This document shows positions 18,315 to 28,067 of a stretch of 35,380 nucleotides of DNA, piece by piece. The notes under the pieces were generated by a model, which saw nothing but the letters and a program-made list of their open reading frames with translations, did not search any database and was not told where the DNA came from. Source of the DNA: an uncultured Gammaproteobacteria bacterium (GTDB lineage Bacteria > Patescibacteriota > Microgenomatia > PFEM01 > JAPLYW01); contig CAZQCJ010000053.1 in the NCBI GenBank assembly GCA_964591885.1, positions 1 through 35,380 on the forward strand, read 5' to 3'. The translations under genes were made by a program, and so were the position numbers. The stretch's first letter is position 1, and every line of letters starts with the position of its first letter.

Positions 18315-18566
18315 ATGACCGATACCAAAGTTGGTAAAATTGTTCATTATTACGATAAAATTGGCGTGGCTGTGATTAAAGTAGCCAGCTCCATCAAGGT
18401 TGGTGACCGTATTAAAATCTCAGGTCACGAGAATGAATTTGAGCAGGAAGTAACTTCAATGCAAGTTGAGCATAAAAACATCAATCAGGCGAAAAAAGGT
18501 GATGATGTTGGCATGAAGGTTGATCAGCCGGTAAAAGACGGCGATGAAGTTTATAAAGTTGCTTAA
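18315..18566 (+). CDS. Small EF-Tu domain-II-like beta-barrel protein
   Basis: 83 aa. VGKIVHYYDKIGVAVIKV...VGDRIKISG...KGDDVGMKV resembles the translation-factor domain 2 barrel. A strong GGGAGGTGAGGAG SD sequence lies upstream. Confidence 0.65.
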   Translation: MTDTKVGKIVHYYDKIGVAVIKVASSIKVGDRIKISGHENEFEQEVTSMQVEHKNINQAKKGDDVGMKVDQPVKDGDEVYKVA

Positions 18567-18570
18567 AAAA

Positions 18571-18900
18571 ATGACTTGGGAATTAGCTCCTGACCTTCAG
18601 CATAAGGTAAACCAATTGGTTGCCAATCTTAAGCTTTCTTATATTAAAACAAAAAGAGTTATTGTTTTCCGTAGCTATGGTTCTAAGGCCAAGGCAAGAG
18701 CCAGAATTTGGAGTTTGCCGCGAATTTGGCAACAAGCTTTGGGAGTTGAATCTCACTACTGCCTAGAAGTTATTTCCGAAAGATTTGATAATTTGAAACC
18801 TGAATACCAGAGAAAAATTTTAATTCATGAATTAAGTCATATTCCCAAGAATTTTTCCGGCAGTTTACTCCCACACGGAAGAATGAGAAAATTAAGCTAA
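18571..18900 (+). CDS. Putative HExxH zinc metallopeptidase (archaeal COG4900-like, from memory)
   Basis: HELSHIPKNFSG motif near the C-terminus, with a conserved-looking RSYGSKAKARARIW segment. The start could be 18544 (overlapping the upstream gene) or ATG 18571. Confidence 0.5.
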   Translation: MTWELAPDLQHKVNQLVANLKLSYIKTKRVIVFRSYGSKAKARARIWSLPRIWQQALGVESHYCLEVISERFDNLKPEYQRKILIHELSHIPKNFSGSLLPHGRMRKLS

Positions 18901-18902
18901 AG

Positions 18903-19589
18903 ATGATAATTCTCCATGGCGAAAATACAGTTTTAAGCAGACAAAAACTAAAGGAAGAAATTGAAACCCTTAGAGCAAGAAATAAAGAAGAGGTTTTAAA
19001 ATTTGAAGGTAACAATCTAAAATTGAATGAACTTCAAGAAGCAATTGAAGCACCCTCTCTATTAGAAAAAAATCATTTGATTATTATCGAAAACATTTTT
19101 TCCGGTCGGCAAAGTCAGGCAAAGAAAAAGATTATTGACTATCTTAGAAAATCAGATCCATCTAATTTAATTGTCTGGGAAGGAAAAAAAATTGACGGAC
19201 AGGTTTTGTCTTCTTTTAAAAACCAGATTTTAAGATTTGATTTACCATTAGTTGTCTTTCGTTTTTTAGATTCTTTATCTCCAGGGAACGCAAAACAATC
19301 TATAGTTTTATTTCATCAATCTTTAGAAAAAGATCCACCAGAACTGATTTTTTATCTTTTGAGTCGCCAAATTCGTCTTCTGATTCTGGCTGCCGATTTA
19401 GGAGAAAAAGGGTTAAATCAAATGAAAGATTGGCAAAAAGAAAAACTTATTAGACAAGCCAAAAGGTTCGGTCTGAAAAAATTAATCAATATTTACAAAG
19501 AGCTTTTGGAAATTGACTGGCAGCAAAAGACCGGCCAAAGTTCTTTTAGTATTGTTTCCCAGCTTGACCTTTTTCTGGCTTCCTTTTAG
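18903..19589 (+). CDS. holA: Short DNA polymerase III delta subunit-like protein
   Basis: MIILHGEN...L.ELQEAIEAPSLLEKNHLIIIENIF, then LIVWEGKKIDGQ, then FRFLDSL and LLSRQIRLLI. Order and spacing match HolA domains I-III, but at 228 aa it is short. Confidence 0.55.
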   Translation: MIILHGENTVLSRQKLKEEIETLRARNKEEVLKFEGNNLKLNELQEAIEAPSLLEKNHLIIIENIFSGRQSQAKKKIIDYLRKSDPSNLIVWEGKKIDGQVLSSFKNQILRFDLPLVVFRFLDSLSPGNAKQSIVLFHQSLEKDPPELIFYLLSRQIRLLILAADLGEKGLNQMKDWQKEKLIRQAKRFGLKKLINIYKELLEIDWQQKTGQSSFSIVSQLDLFLASF

Positions 19590-19601
19590 AATAAAATAAG
19601 A

Positions 19602-19994
19602 ATGAAAAAAACTTTTATTGAGCGAGTTGAAAAACCTTGGGGTTGGGAGCTTCTGTTAACTCCACCGGAATCGCCTGTAGTTGGTAAAATTCTTCATATT
19701 AACCAGGGAGCAAGATTTAGCTATCAATATCATGACAAAAAAATAGAAACTCTTTGTTTGATTTCCGGACGAGCCAAAATTATTTTAAATGACGAAGAAG
19801 CGGAAATGGAGCCTCAGAAGGGCTATTTTATAGAACCCGGAGATAAACATCGTATCCAGGGGATTACTGATTGCGAAATTATGGAGGCTTCGACTAAAGA
19901 GGAAGGAACGACAGTCAGATTGCAAGATGATTACCAAAGACCAGATGAAACAGAAAAATTAAGAAAGCAACCCAATCGGGGTTGGCAAAAATAA
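19602..19994 (+). CDS. Cupin-domain protein (mannose-6-phosphate isomerase type II C-terminal-like)
   Basis: EKPWGWELLL...GKILHINQGARFSYQYHDKKIETLCLISGRAKI...PGDKHRIQ, consistent with cupin motifs 1 and 2. Confidence 0.72.
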   Translation: MKKTFIERVEKPWGWELLLTPPESPVVGKILHINQGARFSYQYHDKKIETLCLISGRAKIILNDEEAEMEPQKGYFIEPGDKHRIQGITDCEIMEASTKEEGTTVRLQDDYQRPDETEKLRKQPNRGWQK

Positions 19995-20019
19995 TATTTG
20001 TTAGTTAATAAACTGCCCA

Positions 20020-22299
20020 ATGGATAAAAAAAAGCAAAAAGATATTCTTTGGTTTCAAGAAGTTAATAAAAACGATATTGATTTAGTTGGCGGTAAAGGG
20101 GCTAATCTAGGCGAAATGGCTGCAGCCGGCTTTCCTATCCCTCAAGGCTTTATTGTCACCAGCAAAGCTTACTTTGATTTTATTGAAGAAAATAAACTCA
20201 AAAGCAAAATCCATCAAGAATTAAAAAAAATCGATCTTAACAACCCGCAAACAATTAATGAAACTTCTGAAAAGATTAAGGCTCTCATTTTATCTAGGAA
20301 AATTTCTCCAGCTTTAGCCAAAGAAATAATTTTCAATTACTTAAAATTAGGCGGTATTATTTCTCATGCTTTAGTGGCTATTCGTTCTTCAGCTACAGCT
20401 GAAGATTTACCCACAGCCTCCTTTGCCGGTCAGCAAAAAACATTTTTAAATATTAAGGGTGAAGCTAATGTTTTAAAGAAAGTTCAAGAATGTTGGGCTT
20501 CACTTTTTGAAGCCAGAGCTATTTTTTATCGGGAGGAAAAAGGCTTCAATCATTTTAAAGTTGGCTTAGCTGTTCCGATTCAGGAAATGATACCAGCTGA
20601 AATATCTGGCGTTATGTTTACTGTCAATCCAGTTACCAATCAGAAAAATCAAATAATTATTGAAGCTGTTTGGGGGCTAGGAGAATATATTGTTCAGGGT
20701 GAAGTAACGCCGGACACTTATCTTGTTGAGAAAAACAGCTTGGATGTTCTTTCTAAAAGAGTCGAAAAACAAAAAGTTCAATTAATTAAAGTGGGTAGTT
20801 TAACCAAAGAAACCAGTGTCCCACGTCGTTTGAGACTAAAAAGAAAATTAACCGACAAAGAGATTAAGGAATTAGCAGCTCTGGGTAAAAAGATTCATAA
20901 ACATTATTTCTTTCCTCAGGATATTGAATGGGTTTTGCACAAAAAGAAATTTTATATTGTTCAATCGCGACCAGTAACAACAATTAAGGAAAAAGAAAAA
21001 GAAGTTAAGATAAAAGGTTCTAAAAGAAAAGTTATTTTGGAAGGTCAGCCTGGCGCGCCTGGTTTGGTTTCCGGCCCAGTTCAAAAAATCTCTTCTCCTA
21101 AAGAAATTAATAAGATAGAAAAAGGAGAAGTTTTGGTGGCACCAATGACTTCTCCAGATTTTGTCCCTGCCATGAAGAGGGTTGTAGCCATTGTTACTGA
21201 CAAAGGAGGACAGACTTCTCACGCAGCCATTGTCAGCCGCGAATTAGGAATTCCTTGTGTTGTTGGTACAAAAACGGCCACCAAGGATTTAAAAAACGGA
21301 CAAATAATAACAGTTAATGGTTCTCAGGGAAAAATTTATCAAGGCGGAGTAGAAATCCCTAGCTCTATTGAGGAAAATTTAAGTCCTCAGATAAAAAAGA
21401 TTGCTCGCGTAGTTGTTAGAAAAACTGCTACTAATCTTTATGTTAACTTGGCTGAACCGCAATTGGCTACCGAAATCGCCGAGAGGAATATCGATGGTGT
21501 TGGTTTATTACGAGCCGAATTTATAATTTCTCAGATTGGTATTCATCCCAGAAAAATCATTAAAGATAAAAAACAAAAAATGTTTGTTGATGAATTAGCA
21601 ACTAATTTAGGTTTATTTTGCAAAAGTTTTCACCCAAGGCCAGTTATTTACCGTACCACTGATTTTAAGACCAATGAATATCGTCACCTTGTTGGAGGTA
21701 AGGCTTTTGAACCTGAAGAAGAAAACCCTTTTATCGGTTTTCGCGGTGCCTTTCGTTATTTACAAGACTCAGAAGTTTTTGAAATGGAATTAAAAGCTAT
21801 TAAAAAAGTTCGAGAAAAGTTTAATAACCTTTGGTTGATGATTCCTTTTGTTAGAACTCCCCGTGAGCTTCAGGAAATTAAAAAAATCGTTGTTGCCAAT
21901 GGTTTAAGTCGTAGTTCAACTTTTAAACTTTGGTTAATGGTTGAAATTCCAAGTAATGTCATTTTATTAGAAGATTTTTTGAAGGTAGGGATTGATGGTG
22001 TTTCTATTGGTTCCAATGATTTAACCATGCTAATTTTAGGTGTTGACCGTGATAATAGTGAACTAGCTCAAGTTTTTAACGAAAACAATCCAGCTCTTTA
22101 CTGGGCTTTTGAAGAAACAATTAAAACCTGCCGGAAATATAAAGTTAGCTCTTCAATTTGCGGCCAGGCACCTTCAACCTACCCTGATTTAGTGGAAAAA
22201 TTGGTTGATTGGGGAATAACCAGTATTTCGGTTAATCCTGATGCTATTGAAAGAACCAGGGAATTAATTGCTGAAGCAGAAAAGAAAAAAATAAAATAA
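20020..22299 (+). CDS. ppsA: Phosphoenolpyruvate synthase (pyruvate, water dikinase)
   Basis: GGKGANLGEM ATP-grasp N-terminus, the TDKGGQTSHAAIVSRELGIPCVVG phosphohistidine swivel domain, and a C-terminal PEP-utilising barrel (IGSNDLTML). Confidence 0.92.
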   Translation: MDKKKQKDILWFQEVNKNDIDLVGGKGANLGEMAAAGFPIPQGFIVTSKAYFDFIEENKLKSKIHQELKKIDLNNPQTINETSEKIKALILSRKISPALAKEIIFNYLKLGGIISHALVAIRSSATAEDLPTASFAGQQKTFLNIKGEANVLKKVQECWASLFEARAIFYREEKGFNHFKVGLAVPIQEMIPAEISGVMFTVNPVTNQKNQIIIEAVWGLGEYIVQGEVTPDTYLVEKNSLDVLSKRVEKQKVQLIKVGSLTKETSVPRRLRLKRKLTDKEIKELAALGKKIHKHYFFPQDIEWVLHKKKFYIVQSRPVTTIKEKEKEVKIKGSKRKVILEGQPGAPGLVSGPVQKISSPKEINKIEKGEVLVAPMTSPDFVPAMKRVVAIVTDKGGQTSHAAIVSRELGIPCVVGTKTATKDLKNGQIITVNGSQGKIYQGGVEIPSSIEENLSPQIKKIARVVVRKTATNLYVNLAEPQLATEIAERNIDGVGLLRAEFIISQIGIHPRKIIKDKKQKMFVDELATNLGLFCKSFHPRPVIYRTTDFKTNEYRHLVGGKAFEPEEENPFIGFRGAFRYLQDSEVFEMELKAIKKVREKFNNLWLMIPFVRTPRELQEIKKIVVANGLSRSSTFKLWLMVEIPSNVILLEDFLKVGIDGVSIGSNDLTMLILGVDRDNSELAQVFNENNPALYWAFEETIKTCRKYKVSSSICGQAPSTYPDLVEKLVDWGITSISVNPDAIERTRELIAEAEKKKIK

Positions 22300-22301
22300 A
22301 T

Positions 22302-23552
22302 ATGGCAAAGATAAAATTAATTAAAGCTAGAGAAATTTTAGATTCACGTGGTAATCCAACCCTAGAAACCAGAGTTGAACTTGAAAACGGGGCTGTTGGG
22401 ATAGCTTCAATTCCTTCTGGCTCTTCAGTTGGAAAACATGAAGCTTTGGAATTAAGAGATAATGATCCTCATCGTTACAATGGTTTAGGTGTTTTAAAAG
22501 CGGTGGCTAATGTGAACAATATTATTGCTCCTGAATTAATCGGTTTTGAAGCCCATAATCAATTAGAAATTGACAGGAAATTATTAGCTTTGGACGGTAC
22601 TCCCAATAAAAGCAAGTTGGGAGCCAATGCCACTCTGGCTGTTTCTCAAGGTGTTTGTGAAGCAGCAGCAGCTGCAGAAAAAGCCAATAATTTTGAACAC
22701 ATTGCTCATCTTTATGGTTTAAAAAAAGAACAGTTTAAAATCCCGACACCACTTTTTAACTTAATTAATGGCGGTGGTCATGGGGCCGGTAATCTTGATT
22801 TTCAGGAATTTCATTTAGTTCCCCATGAACAAAAATCTTATCCTGAAGCTTTGGAAATAGGAGAGAAAATTTATCAGGGAGTCAAGAGAGTACTTATTCG
22901 TAACGGAGCTATTCATTCAGTTGGCGATGAAGGGGGATTTGCCCCTAACCTTTTCACTAACTTGGATGCTTTAGAGGTTTTAACCCAAGCAGTTAAAGAA
23001 ACAGGTTATGGGCTCAATAAAGACGTTTTTTTAAGTTTAGATGTGGCTGCCGGATTTTTCTATAAAGATGGTCGCTATCGGATTCGTGACCGCAGTATGC
23101 CTATGGGAACTAACGAATTGATTGATTTTTACAAGGATTTACTTCAACAATATCCTCTGATTGCCCTAGAAGACCCTTTATATGAAGATGATTGGGAGGG
23201 TTGGCAAAAATTAACCAGAACCTTAACTAACCTTATTATTGTTGGCGATGATTTATTAGCTACTAATAAAAAAAGACTAGAGGAAGCGATTAAGAAAAAG
23301 GCCTGTAACGCTATTTTAGTCAAACCTAATCAGATTGGGACAATAGCTGAAACGATTGAGGTTATTAAAATTGCCAGACAGGCTGGGTTTAAGATTGTTG
23401 TTTCTCATCGTAGCGGTGAAACAGAAGACGATTTTATTGCCGATTTTGCTGTTGGTGTTAACGCTGATTATGTTAAGTTTGGGGCTCCGGCCAGAGGCGA
23501 AAGAGTCGCTAAGTACAATCGATTATTAGAAATTCAGGAAAGCCTAAAGTGA
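22302..23552 (+). CDS. eno: Enolase
   Basis: IKAREILDSRGNPTLE, GANATLAVS, ILVKPNQIGT and SHRSGETED motifs. Confidence 0.97.
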   Translation: MAKIKLIKAREILDSRGNPTLETRVELENGAVGIASIPSGSSVGKHEALELRDNDPHRYNGLGVLKAVANVNNIIAPELIGFEAHNQLEIDRKLLALDGTPNKSKLGANATLAVSQGVCEAAAAAEKANNFEHIAHLYGLKKEQFKIPTPLFNLINGGGHGAGNLDFQEFHLVPHEQKSYPEALEIGEKIYQGVKRVLIRNGAIHSVGDEGGFAPNLFTNLDALEVLTQAVKETGYGLNKDVFLSLDVAAGFFYKDGRYRIRDRSMPMGTNELIDFYKDLLQQYPLIALEDPLYEDDWEGWQKLTRTLTNLIIVGDDLLATNKKRLEEAIKKKACNAILVKPNQIGTIAETIEVIKIARQAGFKIVVSHRSGETEDDFIADFAVGVNADYVKFGAPARGERVAKYNRLLEIQESLK

Positions 23553-23571
23553 GAAAGTCAATAAAGCTAAA

Positions 23572-25191
23572 ATGTTAAAACCAGTCGTCCTTATTATTCT
23601 TGACGGATGGGGAATTGCTCCTTCAGGTCCAGGGAATGCTATTTCTTTAGCTAAAACGCCTAATTTTAATAAGTTTTGGGCGGCTTTTCCTCATACTCAA
23701 CTAACTGCTTCTGGAGAAGCGGTTGGTCTTCCTCGTGGTGAACCAGGTAATTCGGAAACAGGCCATTTAAACCTAGGAGCTGGTCAGATTGTTTTTCAAG
23801 ATTTACAGCGAATTAACATGGCTATTGCTAACGGATTTTTTTATCAGATTAGTGCTTTTAAAGAAGCAGTTGAACATGTTCGCCAAAACAATTCCTCTCT
23901 TCATCTTTTAGGCTTGATTGGTTCTGGTGGTGTTCATTCTAGTTTAGAGCATCTTTTTGCTCTTCTACGTCTGGCTGCCCAAGAAGGTCTTAAAAAAGTC
24001 TGGTTACATCTTTTTACTGATGGGCGTGATTCACCTCAATCTTCGGCTTTTGTTTTTTTAAATCAAGTTCAATTAAATATGGAAAAAATTGGGGTTGGTC
24101 AAATAGCAACTCTAATTGGTCGTTACTACGCTATGGATCGTGATTTGCGTTGGGAAAGAACACAAAAAGCTTATGAACTTTTAGTTGAAGGTAAGGGTGA
24201 AAAAGTGGAATCCCTTAAAGCAGCTATCCAAAAATCCTATGAAAGTGGTAAAACCGATGAATTTTTAGAGCCGTTATTAGTTAACAAGGATGGAGTAATT
24301 AAAGACAACGATGGTGTTATCTTTTTTAACTTCCGTATTGACCGTCCCCGACAATTAACCAAAGCTTTTGTTCTCCCAGAGTTTGAGAAATTAAAAAAAC
24401 CCATAGCAACTTTTGACCCCTATGCTGAAAAATATGGCCTAAAACTCTATCAAGCTCCAGAAGGAACAACTACTTTTCAAAGAAAAAAAATTTTGAAAAA
24501 TCTTTTTTTTGCCACAATGACCGAATATGAAAAAGGATTACCAACAAAAATTGCTTTTCCACCAGAAATAGTCAAAATCCCTTTAGCTAGAGTTATTGCT
24601 GAAAATAATTTAGGTCAGCTCCATATTTCTGAAACGGAAAAAGAACGTTTTGTCACCTACTATTTTGATGGTCAAAGAGAAAAGCCTTTTCCCAATGAAG
24701 ATTGGGTAGAGATTCCTTCTCCGAAGGTTGCCACTTATGATTTAAAACCGGAAATGTCGGCTTTTGAAGTTACTCAGGAAGTTTTAAAAAGACTGCCAAA
24801 TTTAAACTATCACTTTGTAGTAATTAATTATGCTAATCCTGATATGGTTGGTCATACTGGCGTTATCTCTGCCGGTGTCAAGGCTTGTGAAGCGGTTGAC
24901 GAGTGTTTGGGGAAAATTGTCAATAATGTTTTTAATTCCGGCGGGGTTTGTCTTATCACCGCAGATCACGGCAATGTGGAAGAAATGATTGATCCTTTAA
25001 CCGGTGGCGTGGAAACAGAACATTCTACCAACCCAGTCCCTTTCTTAGTTGTTTCCCGTCGTTTCGGCTCTTCCGGACACTTTTTAAGAGAAGGTATTTT
25101 GGCTGACGTTGCCCCGACAATTTTAAACATCATGGGACTTAGCAAGCCTGATTTAATGACCGGGAGAAGTCTAGTCCCCTCAATAATGTAA
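23572..25191 (+). CDS. gpmI: 2,3-bisphosphoglycerate-independent phosphoglycerate mutase
   Basis: VVLIILDGWG, GNSETGHLNLGAG, TDGRDS, NYANPDMVGHTG and ITADHGN motifs. Confidence 0.95.
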   Translation: MLKPVVLIILDGWGIAPSGPGNAISLAKTPNFNKFWAAFPHTQLTASGEAVGLPRGEPGNSETGHLNLGAGQIVFQDLQRINMAIANGFFYQISAFKEAVEHVRQNNSSLHLLGLIGSGGVHSSLEHLFALLRLAAQEGLKKVWLHLFTDGRDSPQSSAFVFLNQVQLNMEKIGVGQIATLIGRYYAMDRDLRWERTQKAYELLVEGKGEKVESLKAAIQKSYESGKTDEFLEPLLVNKDGVIKDNDGVIFFNFRIDRPRQLTKAFVLPEFEKLKKPIATFDPYAEKYGLKLYQAPEGTTTFQRKKILKNLFFATMTEYEKGLPTKIAFPPEIVKIPLARVIAENNLGQLHISETEKERFVTYYFDGQREKPFPNEDWVEIPSPKVATYDLKPEMSAFEVTQEVLKRLPNLNYHFVVINYANPDMVGHTGVISAGVKACEAVDECLGKIVNNVFNSGGVCLITADHGNVEEMIDPLTGGVETEHSTNPVPFLVVSRRFGSSGHFLREGILADVAPTILNIMGLSKPDLMTGRSLVPSIM

Positions 25192-25194
25192 AAG

Positions 25195-26892
25195 ATGAAG
25201 AAAAAAATTATCACTAAAAAATTAAAGTTTATCCCTAACCTTTTAGATTACGAAAAAAAGGCACGGAACTTTAAATGGCCAGAAGCAAAAAAGGAAATTT
25301 CCTGGTTGGCTAAAGGTAAATTAAACGCTGCCTATAATGCTGTTGACCGCCATATTAAAGACCAGCGGAAAAATAAAGTTGCTTTGTATTGGCAGGGGGA
25401 AAACGGAGAAAGAAAAAAATATACTTTTTTAGAACTTTCTCTTCTAAGTAATCAATTTGCGAATTTCCTTAAAAGTCTGGGGGTTAAAAGAGGTGAACGA
25501 GTTTTTTTCTTCCTGCCGCGTTTACCCGAACTTTACTATGGTTTTTTAGGAACCCTTAAAATTGGGGCTGTAGCCGGAACTCTTTTTTCTGCCTTTGGCC
25601 CCCAAGCCTTGAAAGACCGCTTGGGTAATTCCGGGGCTAAAGTTTTAGTAACAACTAAAAAGCTCTACCAACGAGTAGAAAAAATCGAAAAAGATCTCCC
25701 GGAACTTAAAAAAGTAGTTTTAATAGAAAATCTGTCTCAAACTTTAAGTAAATTCCACATTAAAAGAAAATGTTTAGCTATGTCTCCTAAAGACCCTGCT
25801 TTTATGCTTTATACCTCGGGAACAACCGGTAAACCCAAAGGCGTAGTTCATACTCACCAGGCTATTTTACTTGAACATATGACAGCTAAATGGGTCCTGG
25901 ATTTAAAAGAAAATGATGTTTATTGGTGTACCGCTGACCCAGGTTGGGTAACAGGTATTGCTTATGAAATTTTAGGCTCATGGTCTAACGGAGCTTCCAC
26001 TTTAGTCTACGAAGGCAGATTTGATCCGCAAAAATGGTACCAACTAATTGAAGATTACCATGTTAACGTTTGGTACACAGCTCCAACCGCTATTCGTATG
26101 TTAGCTGCCAAAGACTCAGGTTTGGTCAAAAAATTTAATTTTTCTTCCTTAAGACATTTGGCTTCGGTTGGCGAACCTCTGAACCCCGAAGCTGTCTGGT
26201 GGGGATTAAAAACTTTTGGCTTGCCTTTCCATGATAATTGGTGGCAAACAGAAACCGGCGGTATTTTAATTGCTAATTATCCTTCAATGGATATTAAACC
26301 GGGTTCTATGGGTAAACCAGTCCCTGGAATCAAGGCGGCTATTGTCAATGATAAGGGAAAAGTTTTATCAACAGGGAAAATCGGCAACTTAGCCATTAAA
26401 CCACCCTGGCCCTCAATGATGAAAACTATTTGGCGAAGACCAAAAAAATATAAAAGTTACTTTATGAAGAATTGGTATATTACGGGAGATTTAGCCTATA
26501 AAGACAAAGAAGGCTATTTTTGGTTTGTTGGCCGTGCTGATGATATTATTAAGACTTCTGGGGAGAGAGTAGGCCCTTTTGAAGTTGAATCAAGCCTGAT
26601 TGAATACCCAGGTGTAGTTGAAGCTGGAGTTATTGGTAAACCTGACCCTCTTCGAGGTGAGATAGTTAAGGCTTTTGTTGTTTTAAAGCCCTTCTTGAAG
26701 CCTTCAGAGGTCTTAAAATCGAAATTACAGCAGTATGTCAAAACTCACCTGGCTGGTTATGCTTACCCTAGAGAGATTGAATTTATCAAAAAGTTGCCTA
26801 AAACCCGTTCAGGCAAGATTATGAGAAGGCTTCTAAAAGCTAAAGAATTGGGCTTAGCCAGCGGTGATACTTCCACTCTGGAAGAATATTAA
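25195..26892 (+). CDS. acs: Acetyl-CoA synthetase (AMP-forming)
   Basis: YTSGTTGKPKGV AMP-binding motif, the NWWQTETGG motif characteristic of ACS, and a C-terminal PKTRSGKIMRR motif. Confidence 0.88.
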   Translation: MKKKIITKKLKFIPNLLDYEKKARNFKWPEAKKEISWLAKGKLNAAYNAVDRHIKDQRKNKVALYWQGENGERKKYTFLELSLLSNQFANFLKSLGVKRGERVFFFLPRLPELYYGFLGTLKIGAVAGTLFSAFGPQALKDRLGNSGAKVLVTTKKLYQRVEKIEKDLPELKKVVLIENLSQTLSKFHIKRKCLAMSPKDPAFMLYTSGTTGKPKGVVHTHQAILLEHMTAKWVLDLKENDVYWCTADPGWVTGIAYEILGSWSNGASTLVYEGRFDPQKWYQLIEDYHVNVWYTAPTAIRMLAAKDSGLVKKFNFSSLRHLASVGEPLNPEAVWWGLKTFGLPFHDNWWQTETGGILIANYPSMDIKPGSMGKPVPGIKAAIVNDKGKVLSTGKIGNLAIKPPWPSMMKTIWRRPKKYKSYFMKNWYITGDLAYKDKEGYFWFVGRADDIIKTSGERVGPFEVESSLIEYPGVVEAGVIGKPDPLRGEIVKAFVVLKPFLKPSEVLKSKLQQYVKTHLAGYAYPREIEFIKKLPKTRSGKIMRRLLKAKELGLASGDTSTLEEY

Positions 26893-27557
26893 AGGTGAAA
26901 TAATAGAACTAACTCGCCCTTTGCTTTGTTCCCCTCAAAATGAGAAATTAATTGACTGATTTTTTCTCTTCTGATTTCTTCAAAAATCTTGGTTAATTCA
27001 CGGCAAACAACAATTTCAATATCACCAAAAATTTCTTTTAATTCTTTTAAGATTTTTAAAAGCCTGAAAGGGGATTCAAAAATAATAACAGTAGTTTTAG
27101 TAGGTAGATTTTCAAGAATCTTTTTCCTTTTACCTTCTTTTTTTGATAAAAAGCCTAAAAACAGAAATTTATCAGTTGGCAATCCGGAAACAGTTAAAGC
27201 TGTTAAGATTGATGAGGCTCCGGGAATAGACTCGACTTCAATTCCCTGCTTAATACATTCTCTTACCAGTTTATAACCGGGGTCAGAAATAGTGGGAGTG
27301 CCTGCGTTGGAAATCAAGGCAACGCTTTTGCCTTCTTTAAGAAAATTGATTATTTGAGGAATTCTCCCTTGCTCATTTTCTTCATAGTAGGAAAGTAATT
27401 GGGGTTTATTAGTAATACTTATCTTCTGTAATATTAAACCGGTTTTTCTGGTATCTTCACAGGCGATAATATCAACTGATGACAAAACTTCAATAGCTCT
27501 TAAGGTAATATCTTTAAGATTGCCAATCGGAGTAGAAACAAGATAAAGTTTTTTCAT
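26889..27557 (-). CDS. rsmI: 16S rRNA (cytidine1402-2'-O)-methyltransferase RsmI
   Basis: MKKLYLVSTPIGNLKDITLRAIEVL...DIIACEDTR, ...SNAGTPTISDPG, ...CRELTKIFEE. Confidence 0.92.
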   Translation of the reverse strand: MKKLYLVSTPIGNLKDITLRAIEVLSSVDIIACEDTRKTGLILQKISITNKPQLLSYYEENEQGRIPQIINFLKEGKSVALISNAGTPTISDPGYKLVRECIKQGIEVESIPGASSILTALTVSGLPTDKFLFLGFLSKKEGKRKKILENLPTKTTVIIFESPFRLLKILKELKEIFGDIEIVVCRELTKIFEEIRREKISQLISHFEGNKAKGELVLLFHL

Positions 27558-27580
27558 TGTTTAATTATAACAATTTAGAC

Positions 27581-27638
27581 AAAAAATTAGCGCTGGTGAT
27601 TAAAAATCTAAATGTAGTCTTAAACTACAAACCAGCGC
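27581..27638 (-). terminator. Two-tier hairpin terminator after the 97-aa ORF
   Basis: The minus strand reads GCGCTGGT-33 nt (inner hairpin GTAG/CTAC)-ACCAGCGC followed by TAATTTTTT, and lies 21 nt after the stop. Confidence 0.6.
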
Positions 27639-27658
27639 AGAAAACAGAATAGACTAGA

Positions 27659-27952
27659 CTAGACAAGATAAACACTAAGTCCTTCATAGGTTCCGTTCCC
27701 TTCTTCAAGACATCTTCCTCCTGATTGTGACCCAATTCTGACTTTAATGATGTAATTATTAACATCTCTGTCTTTTGGCTTTTCACTTTTGCCGTTTTTT
27801 AAAAAGAGCTTGTTAATAATTTTAAAATCTTTTCTCCAATACTTAACCTCGCTTCTTTTAATTTCGATTTCATCTCCAGAATTTAGTTTTTCGGGCCAAT
27901 CGATATAAAGTGTCGGGCTACTACCGCCAATAAGTAAAGCATACTTAAGCAT
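27659..27952 (-). CDS. Hypothetical 97-aa protein, orphan
   Basis: A strong GGGAGGGAG SD sequence lies 3 nt upstream of the ATG. The gene has its own candidate promoter and terminator. No recognisable motifs. Confidence 0.6.
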   Translation of the reverse strand: MLKYALLIGGSSPTLYIDWPEKLNSGDEIEIKRSEVKYWRKDFKIINKLFLKNGKSEKPKDRDVNNYIIKVRIGSQSGGRCLEEGNGTYEGLSVYLV

Positions 27953-28067
27953 TTCTCCCTCCCTAATAATCTGTTTTCAAATATTTAATGTGCCTGAGTT
28001 TTTATCAGCTTTTTGAGAAAACTCAACTTGCGATTAAAAAACCGCCTAAAGGCAGTTTATGGGTTTA

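Noticed and set aside
18770-21222. Track ORFs 18770-19015(-) and 20872-21222(-)
   Set aside because: They are antisense shadows within the metallopeptidase-like/holA genes and ppsA.
24966-27276. Track ORFs 24966-25214(-), 26514-26741(-) and 26989-27276(+)
   Set aside because: They are antisense to gpmI, acs and rsmI respectively, and are typical shadow ORFs.
27651-27665. Pentamer repeat AGACT-AGACT-AGACA spanning the stop codon of the 97-aa ORF
   Set aside because: It is only three short units with no wider periodicity, and is most simply a chance micro-repeat.
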